DNA from: Minisyncoccota bacterium
Lineage (GTDB): Bacteria > Patescibacteriota > Minisyncoccia > JBAYJV01
Assembly: GCA_041664925.1 (NCBI GenBank)
Contig: JBAYJV010000002.1
Location: forward strand, 264,302-328,301
DNA: 64,000 nucleotides
Direction of reading: 5' to 3'
Numbering within the stretch: position 1 is the first letter of the stretch; every line of letters begins with the position of its first letter. The notes below the pieces were generated by a model that saw only the letters and a program-made list of their open reading frames with translations, had not been told where the DNA came from and searched no databases. The translations under genes were made by a program, and so were the position numbers. Shown here one piece after another: positions 10,068 to 20,451 of this stretch.

Positions 10068-10211
10068 GTGGAAGAAAACATTTTTATTTCACTGCTCGAG
10101 TTGTCTATTCCTATAGTTCTGTTAATTATCGTAATTAGATTGGTTCCTGCTAGTGTTAATAAGTTCTTTTTGGATAGATTTAGAAAGCTCTTTAGACGGT
10201 TATCTAGCTGA
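10068..10211 (+). CDS. small hydrophobic peptide (47 aa), not in ORF track
   Basis: aaaggagg SD then GTG, followed by a strong terminator. Confidence 0.3.
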   Translation: MEENIFISLLELSIPIVLLIIVIRLVPASVNKFFLDRFRKLFRRLSS

Positions 10212-10218
10212 ATCACAA

Positions 10219-10243
10219 GAAGCCTAAGCAGGCTTCTTTTTTT
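10219..10243 (+). terminator. rho-independent terminator
   Basis: gaagcct-aagc-aggcttc hairpin plus a T-run of eight. Confidence 0.6.
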
Positions 10244-10296
10244 ATTAAGCAGGCCGTCATAGGCGAGCCTCGCTCAAAAATTGCAAACAATTTTTG

Positions 10297-10367
10297 AGCG
10301 GGATACGGGAATCGAACCCGCACCTCAACCTTGGGAAGGTTACGTACTACCACTATACTAATCCCGC
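10297..10367 (-). tRNA. tRNA-Gly (anticodon CCC)
   Basis: Cloverleaf folded by hand: acceptor GCGGGAT/ATCCCGC, D-loop AGTGGTA, anticodon loop TTCCCAA, T-loop TTCGATT. No encoded CCA. Confidence 0.85.
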
Positions 10368-10375
10368 GCATTATA

Positions 10376-10780
10376 TTAATTAACATTATTAAAGAAATAA
10401 TTCCACCATTTTGTCGGATTTGACACTTCCTCTTGATCCCCGTTTCCTTCGATAACTTTAAATCCATTTTTTATGTTGATTTCTGGATCATTCCTTTTTT
10501 TTGATATTACCACATAAACTTCTTCGCCCGGCTTTTGATAACTAAGAATGCGCCTCGCTTCTTTTTCTAAAAATTCATCGCTAGAATAATATCCCTGAAG
10601 TTTTAAAAGTTCTGCCTCTTTATTGTTTAATTCTTCTATTTCTTTTTGAATGCTTGCAAGTCTTGCCATTGAGTTTTTTCTAAGAGCTATCTGTTTTACT
10701 ATGGAAAAAGAAAGATATCCAATAATAAGAAGAGCGATAAAAAAAACAATTTTTGAGCGTAATAGTTTCTGAGACAGCAT
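10376..10780 (-). CDS. ftsB: septum formation initiator FtsB/DivIC-like protein
   Basis: N-terminal TM followed by a coiled-coil (IQKEIEELNNKEAELLKL) and a short C-terminal domain. Confidence 0.6.
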   Translation of the reverse strand: MLSQKLLRSKIVFFIALLIIGYLSFSIVKQIALRKNSMARLASIQKEIEELNNKEAELLKLQGYYSSDEFLEKEARRILSYQKPGEEVYVVISKKRNDPEINIKNGFKVIEGNGDQEEVSNPTKWWNYFFNNVN

Positions 10781-11081
10781 GATCTTTAATTTTTCGACAA
10801 ATCAGTTATAATAGATCTTTATGGAAAAAAAGAAACTTTCAAGTCTAATTTGGAAAATCGTTGTTATCTTCGTCACGATTTCAATGATCGGTTTTTTGAT
10901 TATTCCTGCTTTTACTTAAATTTTAGCAATTACAGGCTATTTAAGCAAGTTAGGTATTACAAATCAAAATCTTGTTTGGTTTTTAATTTAAATTATATTT
11001 TGTCATTTTGCCAGCGTAGCTTCCTCCTTCCTCCGGCATGCCGGAGTTCGGACGGACAAGCAGTTGGTAGAAATTATACCT

Positions 11082-11154
11082 GCCGCCTTAGCTTTAATGG
11101 TAGAGCAATCGCTTCGTAAGCGAGAGGTTCTCGGTTCAAGCCCGAGAGGCGGCT
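11082..11154 (+). tRNA. tRNA-Thr (anticodon CGT)
   Basis: Cloverleaf: acceptor GCCGCCT/AGGCGGC, anticodon loop TTCGTAA, T-loop TTCAAGC, followed by a T-run. Confidence 0.85.
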
Positions 11155-11231
11155 TTTTTTTATTGTAAGTGATTGACTTTTTTAAAAATAATGATAAGTT
11201 TAATGTAGTTCTTCAAATAGAGGGAGGCAGT

Positions 11232-11723
11232 ATGCAATTCGCGGTGATTAGATTGGGCGAAGACAGAGCTACATCGAGTAATCGTGAGTCATTAAAATAT
11301 ATTATTGATACCACTCTAAGACGATTTCTCGCGCAACACGACTGGGAAATCACTGGTTTAGTTTTCACAGAAGATATTGGTATTTTACTATCTCTTAAGG
11401 GATCGTCTAGTGGTAGCTTAGAAGAGTTGATTGAAGAATTTGAGAATTTCATTGGCAAAAGGTGGCATAGTAGAAAAACTGATCCCGAACATCAAGAACT
11501 TTTAGAAGCTTTCCCCGGACTCAAAGATGCAACAGCTGATCAAGTATCTGGTCTTTATGCTTTAGGAAGAGATATTCACGTTGAAATTCTGATGGATAGT
11601 ACAGAAACCGATGGTCAAATCTTCGCACAAATCGTTCTTAGGGCACAACTTGAGGCTGTAGACAATAAAATTAGTGAAGTTAAAGAATCATTAGAAGAAA
11701 TCGGAGAAATGTTTGAGTCGTAG
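11232..11723 (+). CDS. hypothetical protein (163 aa)
   Basis: ATG at 11232 is preceded by agggagg SD. The track start at 11169 would overlap the tRNA terminator. A terminator follows at 11744-11771. Confidence 0.45.
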   Translation: MQFAVIRLGEDRATSSNRESLKYIIDTTLRRFLAQHDWEITGLVFTEDIGILLSLKGSSSGSLEELIEEFENFIGKRWHSRKTDPEHQELLEAFPGLKDATADQVSGLYALGRDIHVEILMDSTETDGQIFAQIVLRAQLEAVDNKISEVKESLEEIGEMFES

Positions 11724-11743
11724 ATATAAGTAATTTCTATTGA

Positions 11744-11771
11744 GAGCCTGAAAATCAGGCTCTTTTTTTTG
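11744..11771 (+). terminator. rho-independent terminator
   Basis: gagcctg-aaaat-caggctc plus a T-run of nine. Confidence 0.6.
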
Positions 11772-11823
11772 CAGTCATTTTTTAACTGGAAATTTTTTAA
11801 ATCTTGAGGTAAAATGGTTAAAT

Positions 11824-12960
11824 ATGATTTCTGCTAGAGAACTTAAGGAAAAATTAATAGAGCTCAAAGACAATATCCATCAAGTGATGGATTATCTTAA
11901 TTTTCCTGAGATAGAAAAGGAAATTAAAGAATTAGACAAAGAAATTCAAGACCAGCGTCTTTGGCAAGAAGATCCTAAAAAAGCAGAACAGGTCCAAACT
12001 CGCTTGAATCTAATAAAAGATCAAAAACAGAGATGGTCAAGTCTTCAAAAAGAGACAGACGAGCTTTTTTTATTAGTTAGAGATTTAGAAAGTCCCGAAT
12101 CAGAAAAAGGAGAAGAGATCAGTCAAGAGGAAAGAGATTTACTGATAGAAGTAGAAAAGGAACATGAGAAGTTACGCACATCTTTCAAGAATTTTGAACT
12201 TGAAGTTTATCTCGGAAAAAAGTATGATAGAAGAAATGCCGTTATTTTGATTTACTCTGGTGCCGGAGGAGTGGATGCGCAAGATTGGGCAAATATATTG
12301 TTGCGCATGTATCAGCGATATTGCGATAAGAAAGGGTTTTCCACTAAGCTTTTAGACATAACCAAAACAGAAGAAGGGGGCATAAAAAATGCCACCTTAG
12401 AAATTCGAGGAAATTATGCTTATGGTCTTTTAAAGAATGAAGCTGGGGTGCATAGATTGATACGCATTTCGCCGTTTTCCGCTCAGTCGTTGAGACATAC
12501 TTCATTTGCTTTAGTGGAAGTTCTTCCGGAGCTTGAAAAATTGGATGTTCAAAATTTCAAACTCGATCCAAATGATCTTAAGGTAGACGCCATGAAATCG
12601 AGTGGTCCGGGAGGACAGAATGTTAACAAAAGAGAAACTGCCATTCGAGTTACTCATTTGCCGACAGGCCTACAAGTAGCTTCGCAAGAAGCCAGATCTC
12701 AGGCGCAAAATCGCGAAAAAGCAATGTCTATCTTGACAGCAAAATTGATCAATCTTCTAGAAAGAAAAAATCTTGAAACCATAGAATCGCTGAAAGAAAA
12801 AATCTCTCCGGAATGGGGAAATCAAATTAGGACTTATGTCTTGCATCCATATAAACAAGTAAGAGATCATCGAACCAAGCTTGAACTTTCAGGTGTGGAA
12901 AAAGTATTAGACGGTGATTTAGATGATCTCATAGAGGCAAATTTAAAAAAACAAAATTAA
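11824..12960 (+). CDS. prfB: peptide chain release factor 2
   Basis: GGQ motif and SPF tripeptide (RISPFSAQ). Single uninterrupted ORF with no +1 frameshift site. Confidence 0.85.
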   Translation: MISARELKEKLIELKDNIHQVMDYLNFPEIEKEIKELDKEIQDQRLWQEDPKKAEQVQTRLNLIKDQKQRWSSLQKETDELFLLVRDLESPESEKGEEISQEERDLLIEVEKEHEKLRTSFKNFELEVYLGKKYDRRNAVILIYSGAGGVDAQDWANILLRMYQRYCDKKGFSTKLLDITKTEEGGIKNATLEIRGNYAYGLLKNEAGVHRLIRISPFSAQSLRHTSFALVEVLPELEKLDVQNFKLDPNDLKVDAMKSSGPGGQNVNKRETAIRVTHLPTGLQVASQEARSQAQNREKAMSILTAKLINLLERKNLETIESLKEKISPEWGNQIRTYVLHPYKQVRDHRTKLELSGVEKVLDGDLDDLIEANLKKQN

Positions 12961-12964
12961 TCAT

Positions 12965-13642
12965 ATGATTGTTTTCGAGAATGTTTCCAAAAAATACAGC
13001 AATTGTTCCGTTTTAGACGGCATCAATATTAGAATTGCTCCTCAAGAATTTGTTTCTATTGTTGGAAGATCTGGTGCAGGAAAATCAACTTTAGTCAAAC
13101 TTTTAATTGCCGAGCTTAAACCGACTTCTGGGCATATTTTTGTTGATAAAATTGACGTTACCAAGATTAAGTCAAAATTAATGCCTTTCTATCGAAGAAA
13201 GATTGGGATTGTTTTTCAAGATTTCAAACTTTTAAATTTCAGGACTGCTTATGAAAACATTGCTTTCGCTATGGAAGTTGCCAATCTTCCTCATAAGAAA
13301 ATAAAGGATGATACAATGAAAATTCTTCGTATTATTGGTCTAGAAGATAGAAAAGATCATTTTCCGGCTCAATTATCGGGCGGAGAAAAACAGAGAATTG
13401 CTATTGGCAGAGCTCTTGCACTAAAACCAGAAATCCTTATTGCTGATGAGCCAACTGGCAACTTAGATCCGATTCATACTTGGGACATTATTAATCTTTT
13501 GGTTAAAATTAACGAATTGGGCACAACCGTAGTCTTAGCTTCTCATGATAAGGAAATCATCAATTCTTTAGGCAAGCGGGTTATTAGTTTGGAGAAAGGA
13601 AGGGTCATCCGCGACGAAGAAGAAGGAAGGTTCATTGTATAA
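12965..13642 (+). CDS. ftsE: cell division ATP-binding protein FtsE
   Basis: ABC ATPase with Walker A GRSGAGKST, signature LSGGEKQR and FtsE-like N-terminus. Followed by ftsX. Confidence 0.85.
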   Translation: MIVFENVSKKYSNCSVLDGINIRIAPQEFVSIVGRSGAGKSTLVKLLIAELKPTSGHIFVDKIDVTKIKSKLMPFYRRKIGIVFQDFKLLNFRTAYENIAFAMEVANLPHKKIKDDTMKILRIIGLEDRKDHFPAQLSGGEKQRIAIGRALALKPEILIADEPTGNLDPIHTWDIINLLVKINELGTTVVLASHDKEIINSLGKRVISLEKGRVIRDEEEGRFIV

Positions 13643-13778
13643 CTAAATTAATAAAGTTAGAGTTTCGAAATATTGCCTAGAAAATTGTAGAATCATAAAA
13701 AATTTATTAAAACTTTCAATTATCAATTTTCAATTTTCAGATGACTTAGTTCTTAATTGAAAATTAAAAATTAAATTT

Positions 13779-14687
13779 ATGTTTATTCCTTTTGTTCGTA
13801 TCCTAAAAACTGGTTTTTCTGATTTTTGGCGTAATAAATGGGTTTCTCAAGCCACTTTAGGCGTAATGATAATCACTCTTTTCGTCATCGTTTCATTTTT
13901 CATGCTTAATGGTGTGATGGGAAGCTTGATCGCTGATTTAAAATCGCGCATGGATATTAGTGTTTATTTTAAAATTGACACTGATGAAAGTGAGATTTTG
14001 AAAATTAAAAACAACCTTGATGATTTGAGCCAGGTTAAAAATATAGAATACATATCAAGAAACGATGCCTTAACTCGTTTTCAAAAGCGCCACCAAAATG
14101 ATCCTTTGATTCTACAGAGCCTAGAAGAAATTGGTTCAAATCCACTAACCGCTTCGCTTAATGTTCAGGCCAATGATCCAACATCAGACTTTCCTTTTAT
14201 AAGTCAATTTTTAGATAAAAATTATAGCAATTTGATAGATAAAGTAAATTATCAAGAAAATAAGGATATTATTTCACGAATCAGCAGTTTTTCTGCAGGC
14301 ACAAAAAAGGCTGGCATTATTTTAAGCCTCATTCTTGTTACTATCGTCATCCTGGTAACATTTAACACAATTCGATTAACAATTTATTCTGTTAGAGATG
14401 AGATTGGCATTATGCGCCTTGTTGGCGCAAGCAATGCTTATATAAGAGGACCTTTTATTATTGAGGGAATTATTTATGGGGTTATCGCTACTTTTGTAAG
14501 CACACTTGCTTGCTGGATGGTTTTTAAAGTAATCAGTCCGAAGATTTCATCAATGTTGCTGGATTTTAGCTTGTATAATCACTTTGTTCAAAATTTTTGG
14601 TCCATTATTGGCATTGAACTTGTTATTGGCATCGCCTTAGGAGCTTTGGGAAGTTATATTGCCATTAGAAAATACTTAAAGGTATAA
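13779..14687 (+). CDS. ftsX: cell division permease FtsX
   Basis: TM1, a large extracytoplasmic loop and three C-terminal TMs. Adjacent to ftsE. Confidence 0.8.
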   Translation: MFIPFVRILKTGFSDFWRNKWVSQATLGVMIITLFVIVSFFMLNGVMGSLIADLKSRMDISVYFKIDTDESEILKIKNNLDDLSQVKNIEYISRNDALTRFQKRHQNDPLILQSLEEIGSNPLTASLNVQANDPTSDFPFISQFLDKNYSNLIDKVNYQENKDIISRISSFSAGTKKAGIILSLILVTIVILVTFNTIRLTIYSVRDEIGIMRLVGASNAYIRGPFIIEGIIYGVIATFVSTLACWMVFKVISPKISSMLLDFSLYNHFVQNFWSIIGIELVIGIALGALGSYIAIRKYLKV

Positions 14688-14695
14688 TAAAAAAA

Positions 14696-14845
14696 TCCGA
14701 AGCACGAAATCAGAAATACGAAATAATATTTAAATTATAATTCTTAAATTCAAAACCGTTTAATATTTTAGATTTTGAAAATTAGAATTCCCGCCTGTCG
14801 GTAGGCAGGTGTTTCGAATTTCGATATTCGAATTTCGAGTTTATA
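14696..14845. repeat. MITE-like intergenic element, copy A
   Basis: CGAAAT-rich left end, AT-rich centre, GC palindrome cccgcctgtcggtaggcagg, and right end gtttcgaatttcgatattcgaatttcgagttta abutting the dcd start. Confidence 0.6.
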
Positions 14846-14850
14846 GGTTT

Positions 14851-15534
14851 ATGTTACTTTCCCGCAGCGCAATTTTAAGACATATGAAAGAGGGGAATAT
14901 TGTTATTGAGCCTTTTGATGAGAGAAATTTAACTTCTGCTTCGTATGATGTGACATTGGGAAAGTATTATTGGCGAGAGACTATTCATGATGGTGGATAT
15001 ATCACCTATAATCCTTACTCTAAGAAGGATGTATATCGTGTTTGGGGACCAGAATACTACGCAGCAAAACCATTGAAAGAATGGTTAATAAATTCACCTT
15101 TTAAGAAAATGTCTGGTATCAGTATGAACGATCTGGTAATTTGGATAGCGCCCGGAGAAACTATTTTGTCCCATACTCAAGAATTTATCGGTGGAAGGAA
15201 TTGCGTTAACACAATGATGAAAGCAAGATCTTCAATGGGAAGAAATTTTATTGAAATTTGCAAGGATGCTGGTTGGGGAGATATTGGCTATGTGAACCGT
15301 TGGACAGTTGAAATAACCAATAATAGTCGTTTCTATCATATTCCGCTTGTTGTCGGTCGCAGAATTGGGCAAATTACCTTTTTTGAAACAGAACCAATCG
15401 ATGAAAAAGACGCTTATTATAAATCGGGAAAATATCAGGGCGGGAAAGATATTGAAAAATTGAAAAAAGACTGGTCTCCAGAAACAATGATCCCAAGAAT
15501 GTATAAAGATTGGGAAGTTAAAGAAAAACAATAG
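14851..15534 (+). CDS. dcd: dCTP deaminase
   Basis: N-terminus LSRSAILRHMKEGNIVIEPF...SYDVTLG and C-terminal GKYQGG motif typical of Dcd. Start chosen at the MLLSRS methionine. Confidence 0.75.
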   Translation: MLLSRSAILRHMKEGNIVIEPFDERNLTSASYDVTLGKYYWRETIHDGGYITYNPYSKKDVYRVWGPEYYAAKPLKEWLINSPFKKMSGISMNDLVIWIAPGETILSHTQEFIGGRNCVNTMMKARSSMGRNFIEICKDAGWGDIGYVNRWTVEITNNSRFYHIPLVVGRRIGQITFFETEPIDEKDAYYKSGKYQGGKDIEKLKKDWSPETMIPRMYKDWEVKEKQ

Positions 15535-15747
15535 TTTTTCCTACTTTAAACTATAAACTACAAACCTTAAATATCATCGCTAATATCCGACACTTAATGT
15601 TGGATATTTTTTACGGCTCATTTCATTTGAGTCATAGAATTTATTGAAGTCCGACTTCAATAAATTAAAAATCTTATAAAAACTTGACAAATAATATTAT
15701 AAAGATTAGGATAAGTGGTAAACGGTCGCTGATCTAAGGGAGGTCAG

Positions 15748-16077
15748 ATGGAAAGGTTGCCAGTGCTTCTGAACTTGGAGTTGGAAGGACTTATTGATGT
15801 AGACGGTCATTTGCTGATTGGTTGCCAAAATAAAGGAAGATTTTCAAAATCAAAACAAGCTAAAATCGAACTAATCAGAAAAGCGCTTGAAAAAAGATAC
15901 CCTGGCATACATATGGTTTCTCATGGCTCAAGATATGTTAGGTTTACTAGGTTCGATTCGCTTGAAAACCAATATTCGTTTGCAGCCGTAGACGAATTAC
16001 GCTCTCTTGGTATTGGTATTCTTGTTCTTTCGCTAAAAGATAAAGAAAGAATTGTAAGAGAAATGGAACTTAAATAA
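15748..16077 (+). CDS. hypothetical protein (109 aa)
   Basis: gggagg SD. A terminator follows. Confidence 0.45.
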   Translation: MERLPVLLNLELEGLIDVDGHLLIGCQNKGRFSKSKQAKIELIRKALEKRYPGIHMVSHGSRYVRFTRFDSLENQYSFAAVDELRSLGIGILVLSLKDKERIVREMELK

Positions 16078-16096
16078 ACATGCCTATAGTCCGCAC

Positions 16097-16130
16097 CCCC
16101 CGAAGAGAGTTTCTTCGGGGATTTGTTTAT
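16097..16130 (+). terminator. rho-independent terminator
   Basis: ccccgaaga-gagtt-tcttcgggg hairpin plus T-rich tail. Confidence 0.6.
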
Positions 16131-16191
16131 TATTCTTTATTTTATACAAAAAACATGTTATTATTCATAAATTAACTATTTTTTAACCACT

Positions 16192-17847
16192 ATGATTAAT
16201 CAACTTAAAAAATATATCACAAAGAAAAAATGGACCAAGAAAAAAATTGTTTTAATAATCATTGGTCTTGTTCTTGTTTTAGTTGTCGGTAATGGTATTT
16301 ATAAAAAACTCACAACAAATATTGAAGACACTCTTAATATTTACAAAGTTACCAGACAAGATTTAATGACTACTGTTTCTGAGGCTGGTATTGTAAATAT
16401 TTCCGATGAAATCGGCCTGAGTTTTAAATATGGCGGAAAAATCGATAACATCTATGTGGAAATAGGCGACAAGGTGAAACGAGGCGAGTCCTTGGTTAAG
16501 GTTGATTCAAGTGATTTTTTTATTCAGTATCAACAAACTGACGCATCAGTTCAATCAGCTCAAGCTCAGTTAGATAAGCTTTTGGCTGGCGCAACTTTGT
16601 CAGACATCAACATTGTACAAGCACAGTTGGAAAGCGCTAAAGTAAGTCTTCAAAATAAAGAAGAAAGTCTTGCTAACACTAAACTTGATGCGGACAATGA
16701 TATTGCCGATGTTTACCAGAATGCCATTAATAATATTAATGATGTTTATCTTGACACTTATAATGTTTATACCAACACCGTTCTGATACAAAGAACTTAT
16801 TTTGGTAATTATGATCAAGAAGGAATTAATGTTAGTCAAGCGAAAGATCAAATTAAAACCGCCTTAGATTCTATTAAATTAGACGCAGACAATATTTCTT
16901 CTCCAAATATTACAAATGAAAATATTGATAGCGCGCTCATAAGAACAAAAACTAATCTTGATAGCGTCTATGGTGCATTAGATATTATCCGTAATGCTAT
17001 GGAAACAGACGCTTACCGCAATTCCGTATCTAGCGCAAATAAAACTATTGTCGACACAGACAAATCAACAACGAACACCAATAGAACATTAATTACTACT
17101 ACTCAACAAACTATTTCGTCAACAAAGATAACTAATACCACTAACATTTCTGCTGCTGATGCTTTAGTCAGATCAGCGAAAAGATCTGTTGATGAAACAG
17201 AAAAATCCCTGCAAAAGCTATTAGCAGGACCAACTCAAGAAGATATTAATATCTACAAAGCAAATTTGGCAAGAGCTCAAGCTGAAAGATCGGCAGCCTC
17301 GAATAAAGTTAACGAGTCTACGCTAAGAAGCCCGGTTGATGGTCAGGTTGTCAAGATTAATGTAAGGGTCGGAGAAATTGCTTCTATCAATCAGGTTGTC
17401 ATGTACATCCTTCCGGAAAAACCATTTCAGGTCAAAGTTGATATATATGAAGAAGACATTGCTAAAATAAAGATAGGAAATCTCGTTGATATTAAACTTG
17501 TAGCTTTCCCAGACACTGAAATTGCCGGCAAAGTTTCATCTATTGACCCTATCGATAAAACTGTTAATGAGGTTGTTTATTATGAAGTATCTATGGACTT
17601 TGATCAACAAATCGAAGGACTTAAGCCAGGAATGACGGCAGACATAGTTATTATTGCGAATAAACAGACAGATTTACTCATTATCCCAGAATCATCAATC
17701 ATCAAGGAAACCGGTAAGAATTATGTTAAGGTGTTAGATGACAAGAAGATTATTAAGAAAGAAGTATTGGTCGGCAATAAAGGAGATGACGCTATGATAG
17801 AAATAAAAGAAGGACTTCAAGAAAACGATAAAGTAATTTTGCCATAA
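16192..17847 (+). CDS. HlyD-family membrane fusion / periplasmic adaptor protein with long coiled-coil
   Basis: N-terminal TM, beta-strand motif (VTRQDL...), very long coiled-coil and a C-terminal beta-barrel. Precedes a MacB-like ABC pair. Confidence 0.7.
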   Translation: MINQLKKYITKKKWTKKKIVLIIIGLVLVLVVGNGIYKKLTTNIEDTLNIYKVTRQDLMTTVSEAGIVNISDEIGLSFKYGGKIDNIYVEIGDKVKRGESLVKVDSSDFFIQYQQTDASVQSAQAQLDKLLAGATLSDINIVQAQLESAKVSLQNKEESLANTKLDADNDIADVYQNAINNINDVYLDTYNVYTNTVLIQRTYFGNYDQEGINVSQAKDQIKTALDSIKLDADNISSPNITNENIDSALIRTKTNLDSVYGALDIIRNAMETDAYRNSVSSANKTIVDTDKSTTNTNRTLITTTQQTISSTKITNTTNISAADALVRSAKRSVDETEKSLQKLLAGPTQEDINIYKANLARAQAERSAASNKVNESTLRSPVDGQVVKINVRVGEIASINQVVMYILPEKPFQVKVDIYEEDIAKIKIGNLVDIKLVAFPDTEIAGKVSSIDPIDKTVNEVVYYEVSMDFDQQIEGLKPGMTADIVIIANKQTDLLIIPESSIIKETGKNYVKVLDDKKIIKKEVLVGNKGDDAMIEIKEGLQENDKVILP

Positions 17848-17852
17848 TTTTC

Positions 17853-18536
17853 ATGACCGACAAAAGACCAATTATTGAACTACAAGAAGTCTGGAAAACA
17901 TATGCTCCAGGCAAGATTCCCGTGCATGCTCTAAGAGGAGCCAATCTTAGTATTTACCCTGGAAAATTTGTAACTATTGTCGGTCCAAGCGGATCAGGAA
18001 AATCAACACTTCTACATCTAGTCGGATGCTTAGATCTTCCAACAAGCGGAAGCATATTTTTAGATAGTCAAGACATTTCTAAAATGACAGAAAATGAATT
18101 AGCTCAAATTAGGGGAAAGAAAATTGGTTTTATTTTTCAACAATTTAATATTTTACAAAACCTTACTGCTATTGAAAATGTAACACTTCCGATGGCATTC
18201 ATTAATCATATGTCGGTAGAAAAGAGAAATGAACGGGCAATAGAACTTCTAACCTTGGTTGGCCTAGAAAAAAGAATTAATCATCGACCTACTGAAATGT
18301 CAGGGGGCGAGCAACAAAGAGTTGCTATTGCAAGAGCTCTCGCTAATGATCCTGATGTTATTCTAGCTGATGAACCTACGGGAAATCTTGATTCTGTGAC
18401 AGGCGAAAAGATTATGGGTATTTTTCAACATCTTCACGAAAAAGAAAAAAAGACAATCATTATTATAACTCACGATCACGAGGTTGCTGCTTACGGTCAA
18501 ATGATTGTCAAAATAAAAGATGGTCAAGTTGTTTAA
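17853..18536 (+). CDS. ABC transporter ATP-binding protein (MacB/LolD-like)
   Basis: Walker [10 protein letters not shown], signature MSGGEQQR, Walker [12 protein letters not shown]. Confidence 0.85.
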   Translation: MTDKRPIIELQEVWKTYAPGKIPVHALRGANLSIYPGKFVTIVGPSGSGKSTLLHLVGCLDLPTSGSIFLDSQDISKMTENELAQIRGKKIGFIFQQFNILQNLTAIENVTLPMAFINHMSVEKRNERAIELLTLVGLEKRINHRPTEMSGGEQQRVAIARALANDPDVILADEPTGNLDSVTGEKIMGIFQHLHEKEKKTIIIITHDHEVAAYGQMIVKIKDGQVV

Positions 18537-18542
18537 ATTTAA

Positions 18543-19757
18543 ATGAAGAAAGATTACTTAAGAATTGCAATTAGAAATTTAAAAAGCCGATCCCTTCGAA
18601 GTTGGCTGACGATTTTTGGTTTTGTTATTGGCGTTTTTATGATCATCAGTCTTCTTTCTTTATCAGAAGGCATGAAACAAGTCGTTATGAACCAAATGAA
18701 AATGATGGGTTCTGATACTGTGATGATAACTCCTGGAGATTCAGATAATCTTGTAAATACAATGATGGGAAATATGAAAATTTCCGAAGAAAACATAAGG
18801 ACGATTGAAAAAACCGATGGCGTGGAAAAGGTTATTCCATATAACTGGGGAGGAGAAACAATGAGATTTGGCGGAAAAAAGAAAACTGTTATTCTTTATG
18901 GTTTTCCCATGGATAAAGAAAGTGTCTATTACCTTGAAAGCAAATTTGGCATCAAGGCCGCTCAAGGCAAGTTTCCGGGAGAAAACAAAAGAGAATTATT
19001 GATTGGCTCTGTTGTCGTTACAGAAATTTTTCCAGGCATCGCTATTGGCGATGAAGCCTATATTGCTGGTAATAAATTTAAGGTTGTCGGTATTGCCCGT
19101 GCCCAAGGAAGCAAGCAAGACGACAGCATGGTCGCTTTAGACATTAATTTATTTAGAAAGATCACGGGAGCAAGAAAAGATGCTCCCATGGTTATTGCAA
19201 TCATCAAAGAAGGTTATGACCAAAAAGATGTGTCTAATATGATTAAAGTCAATCTGGAAAAGACAGGAAAACGCCAAAGAGGAAATGATTCTGCGTCATT
19301 TAGCGTTATTAATAGCGAAAAGGCGATGGAAACCGCCAGTAATGTTATTGGCACGATTCAAGCAGTAATTTTTGCGATTGCCGCTTTTTCGATTTTAATC
19401 GGTGCTATTGGCATTATGAATACGATGTACACTTCGGTCAGAGAACGCACCAAGGAAATTGGTATTATGAAAGCTGTCGGCGCCAAAACAACGGCCATTA
19501 CTCAAATATTTCTGATTGAAGCTGGGATTATGGGTTTAATTGGGGGAATGGGCGGAATGGTTCTAGGTATAACCCTCGCCAAATTAGCCGCTTTTGTAAT
19601 TAGAACCCAGGGATCAATGGCAATCCAAGCTTATATTTCTCCAGGAATGGTCATTTTCACGATTATTTTTGCTATTGCTGTTGGTTGTGTTTCTGGATAT
19701 TTGCCCGCCAGAAAAGCGGCAAAATTAAATCCAGTCGACGCGCTAAGATACGAATAA
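18543..19757 (+). CDS. ABC transporter permease, FtsX-like/MacB family
   Basis: TM1, large periplasmic domain and three C-terminal TMs. C-terminal motif KLNPVDALRYE. Confidence 0.8.
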   Translation: MKKDYLRIAIRNLKSRSLRSWLTIFGFVIGVFMIISLLSLSEGMKQVVMNQMKMMGSDTVMITPGDSDNLVNTMMGNMKISEENIRTIEKTDGVEKVIPYNWGGETMRFGGKKKTVILYGFPMDKESVYYLESKFGIKAAQGKFPGENKRELLIGSVVVTEIFPGIAIGDEAYIAGNKFKVVGIARAQGSKQDDSMVALDINLFRKITGARKDAPMVIAIIKEGYDQKDVSNMIKVNLEKTGKRQRGNDSASFSVINSEKAMETASNVIGTIQAVIFAIAAFSILIGAIGIMNTMYTSVRERTKEIGIMKAVGAKTTAITQIFLIEAGIMGLIGGMGGMVLGITLAKLAAFVIRTQGSMAIQAYISPGMVIFTIIFAIAVGCVSGYLPARKAAKLNPVDALRYE

Positions 19758-19912
19758 TTAACCTTATAACTTTACAAAGAAACAACTATCGAGAATAAAT
19801 TTCGATGGTTTTTATTAACCCAAGAATTGACAAAAGAAATTTTTCTGATACACTAATCACACTAGTACCTTACAATTATCCTTAGTGTCTTAAAAAAAGA
19901 CGAGGAGGAAAT

Positions 19913-20359
19913 ATGGTTAGAAAAGCTTCGGTTGAAAAATTCGATGCTGTGGTTTACTGGGCAAACCAAGTTAAGAAAGCTGAAGAAGGCGTTAGAATAC
20001 AGTGGGCTGTTTATTGGTTTATTTTGGGTATTATCAGACAAATTTCTGAAACAGGGCAAAAGGCATCATTTAAAGAAATCAATGATCGACTCGTCTTAGA
20101 AATGCAAAGAAAAGATATTCGTTCCAATAATGTATTTATGATTATCAGTGGCGGCAGGCTAAGAGAAACTCTTCTTAGGCTTAGCGCAATGAAACTACTA
20201 GCTCACACCAAAGAAAACAGCGAAAGATTAGCTTTTGTAACAGAAAACAGTCGATTTGCCTTGACTGAGCGTGGCATAGAAAGATTAAGGGGCGAAGAAG
20301 CTCGAAAACTAATAGAACAACATATCTTTTGTTGTCGAGATGATCGGGGCGTAAAATAG
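19913..20359 (+). CDS. hypothetical protein (148 aa)
   Basis: gaggagg SD. A terminator hairpin ggggcgtaa/ttacgcccc overlaps the stop. Confidence 0.45.
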   Translation: MVRKASVEKFDAVVYWANQVKKAEEGVRIQWAVYWFILGIIRQISETGQKASFKEINDRLVLEMQRKDIRSNNVFMIISGGRLRETLLRLSAMKLLAHTKENSERLAFVTENSRFALTERGIERLRGEEARKLIEQHIFCCRDDRGVK

Positions 20360-20451
20360 TTACGCCCTCTTTTTTTGATTATTTTTTTGTGATACGATTG
20401 GTATATAGGAATGTGTACTTGATTTTGTACACAGTGTTTGTGTTTTATATT

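Noticed and set aside
10850-11119. 89 aa + strand ORF
   Set aside because: It overlaps tRNA-Thr and the structured leader. There is no SD and the composition is junk-like, so it is spurious.
11824-12960. Programmed +1 frameshift in prfB
   Set aside because: The RF2 gene is one continuous ORF with no CUU UGA C-type site near the 5' end, so autoregulatory frameshifting is apparently absent.
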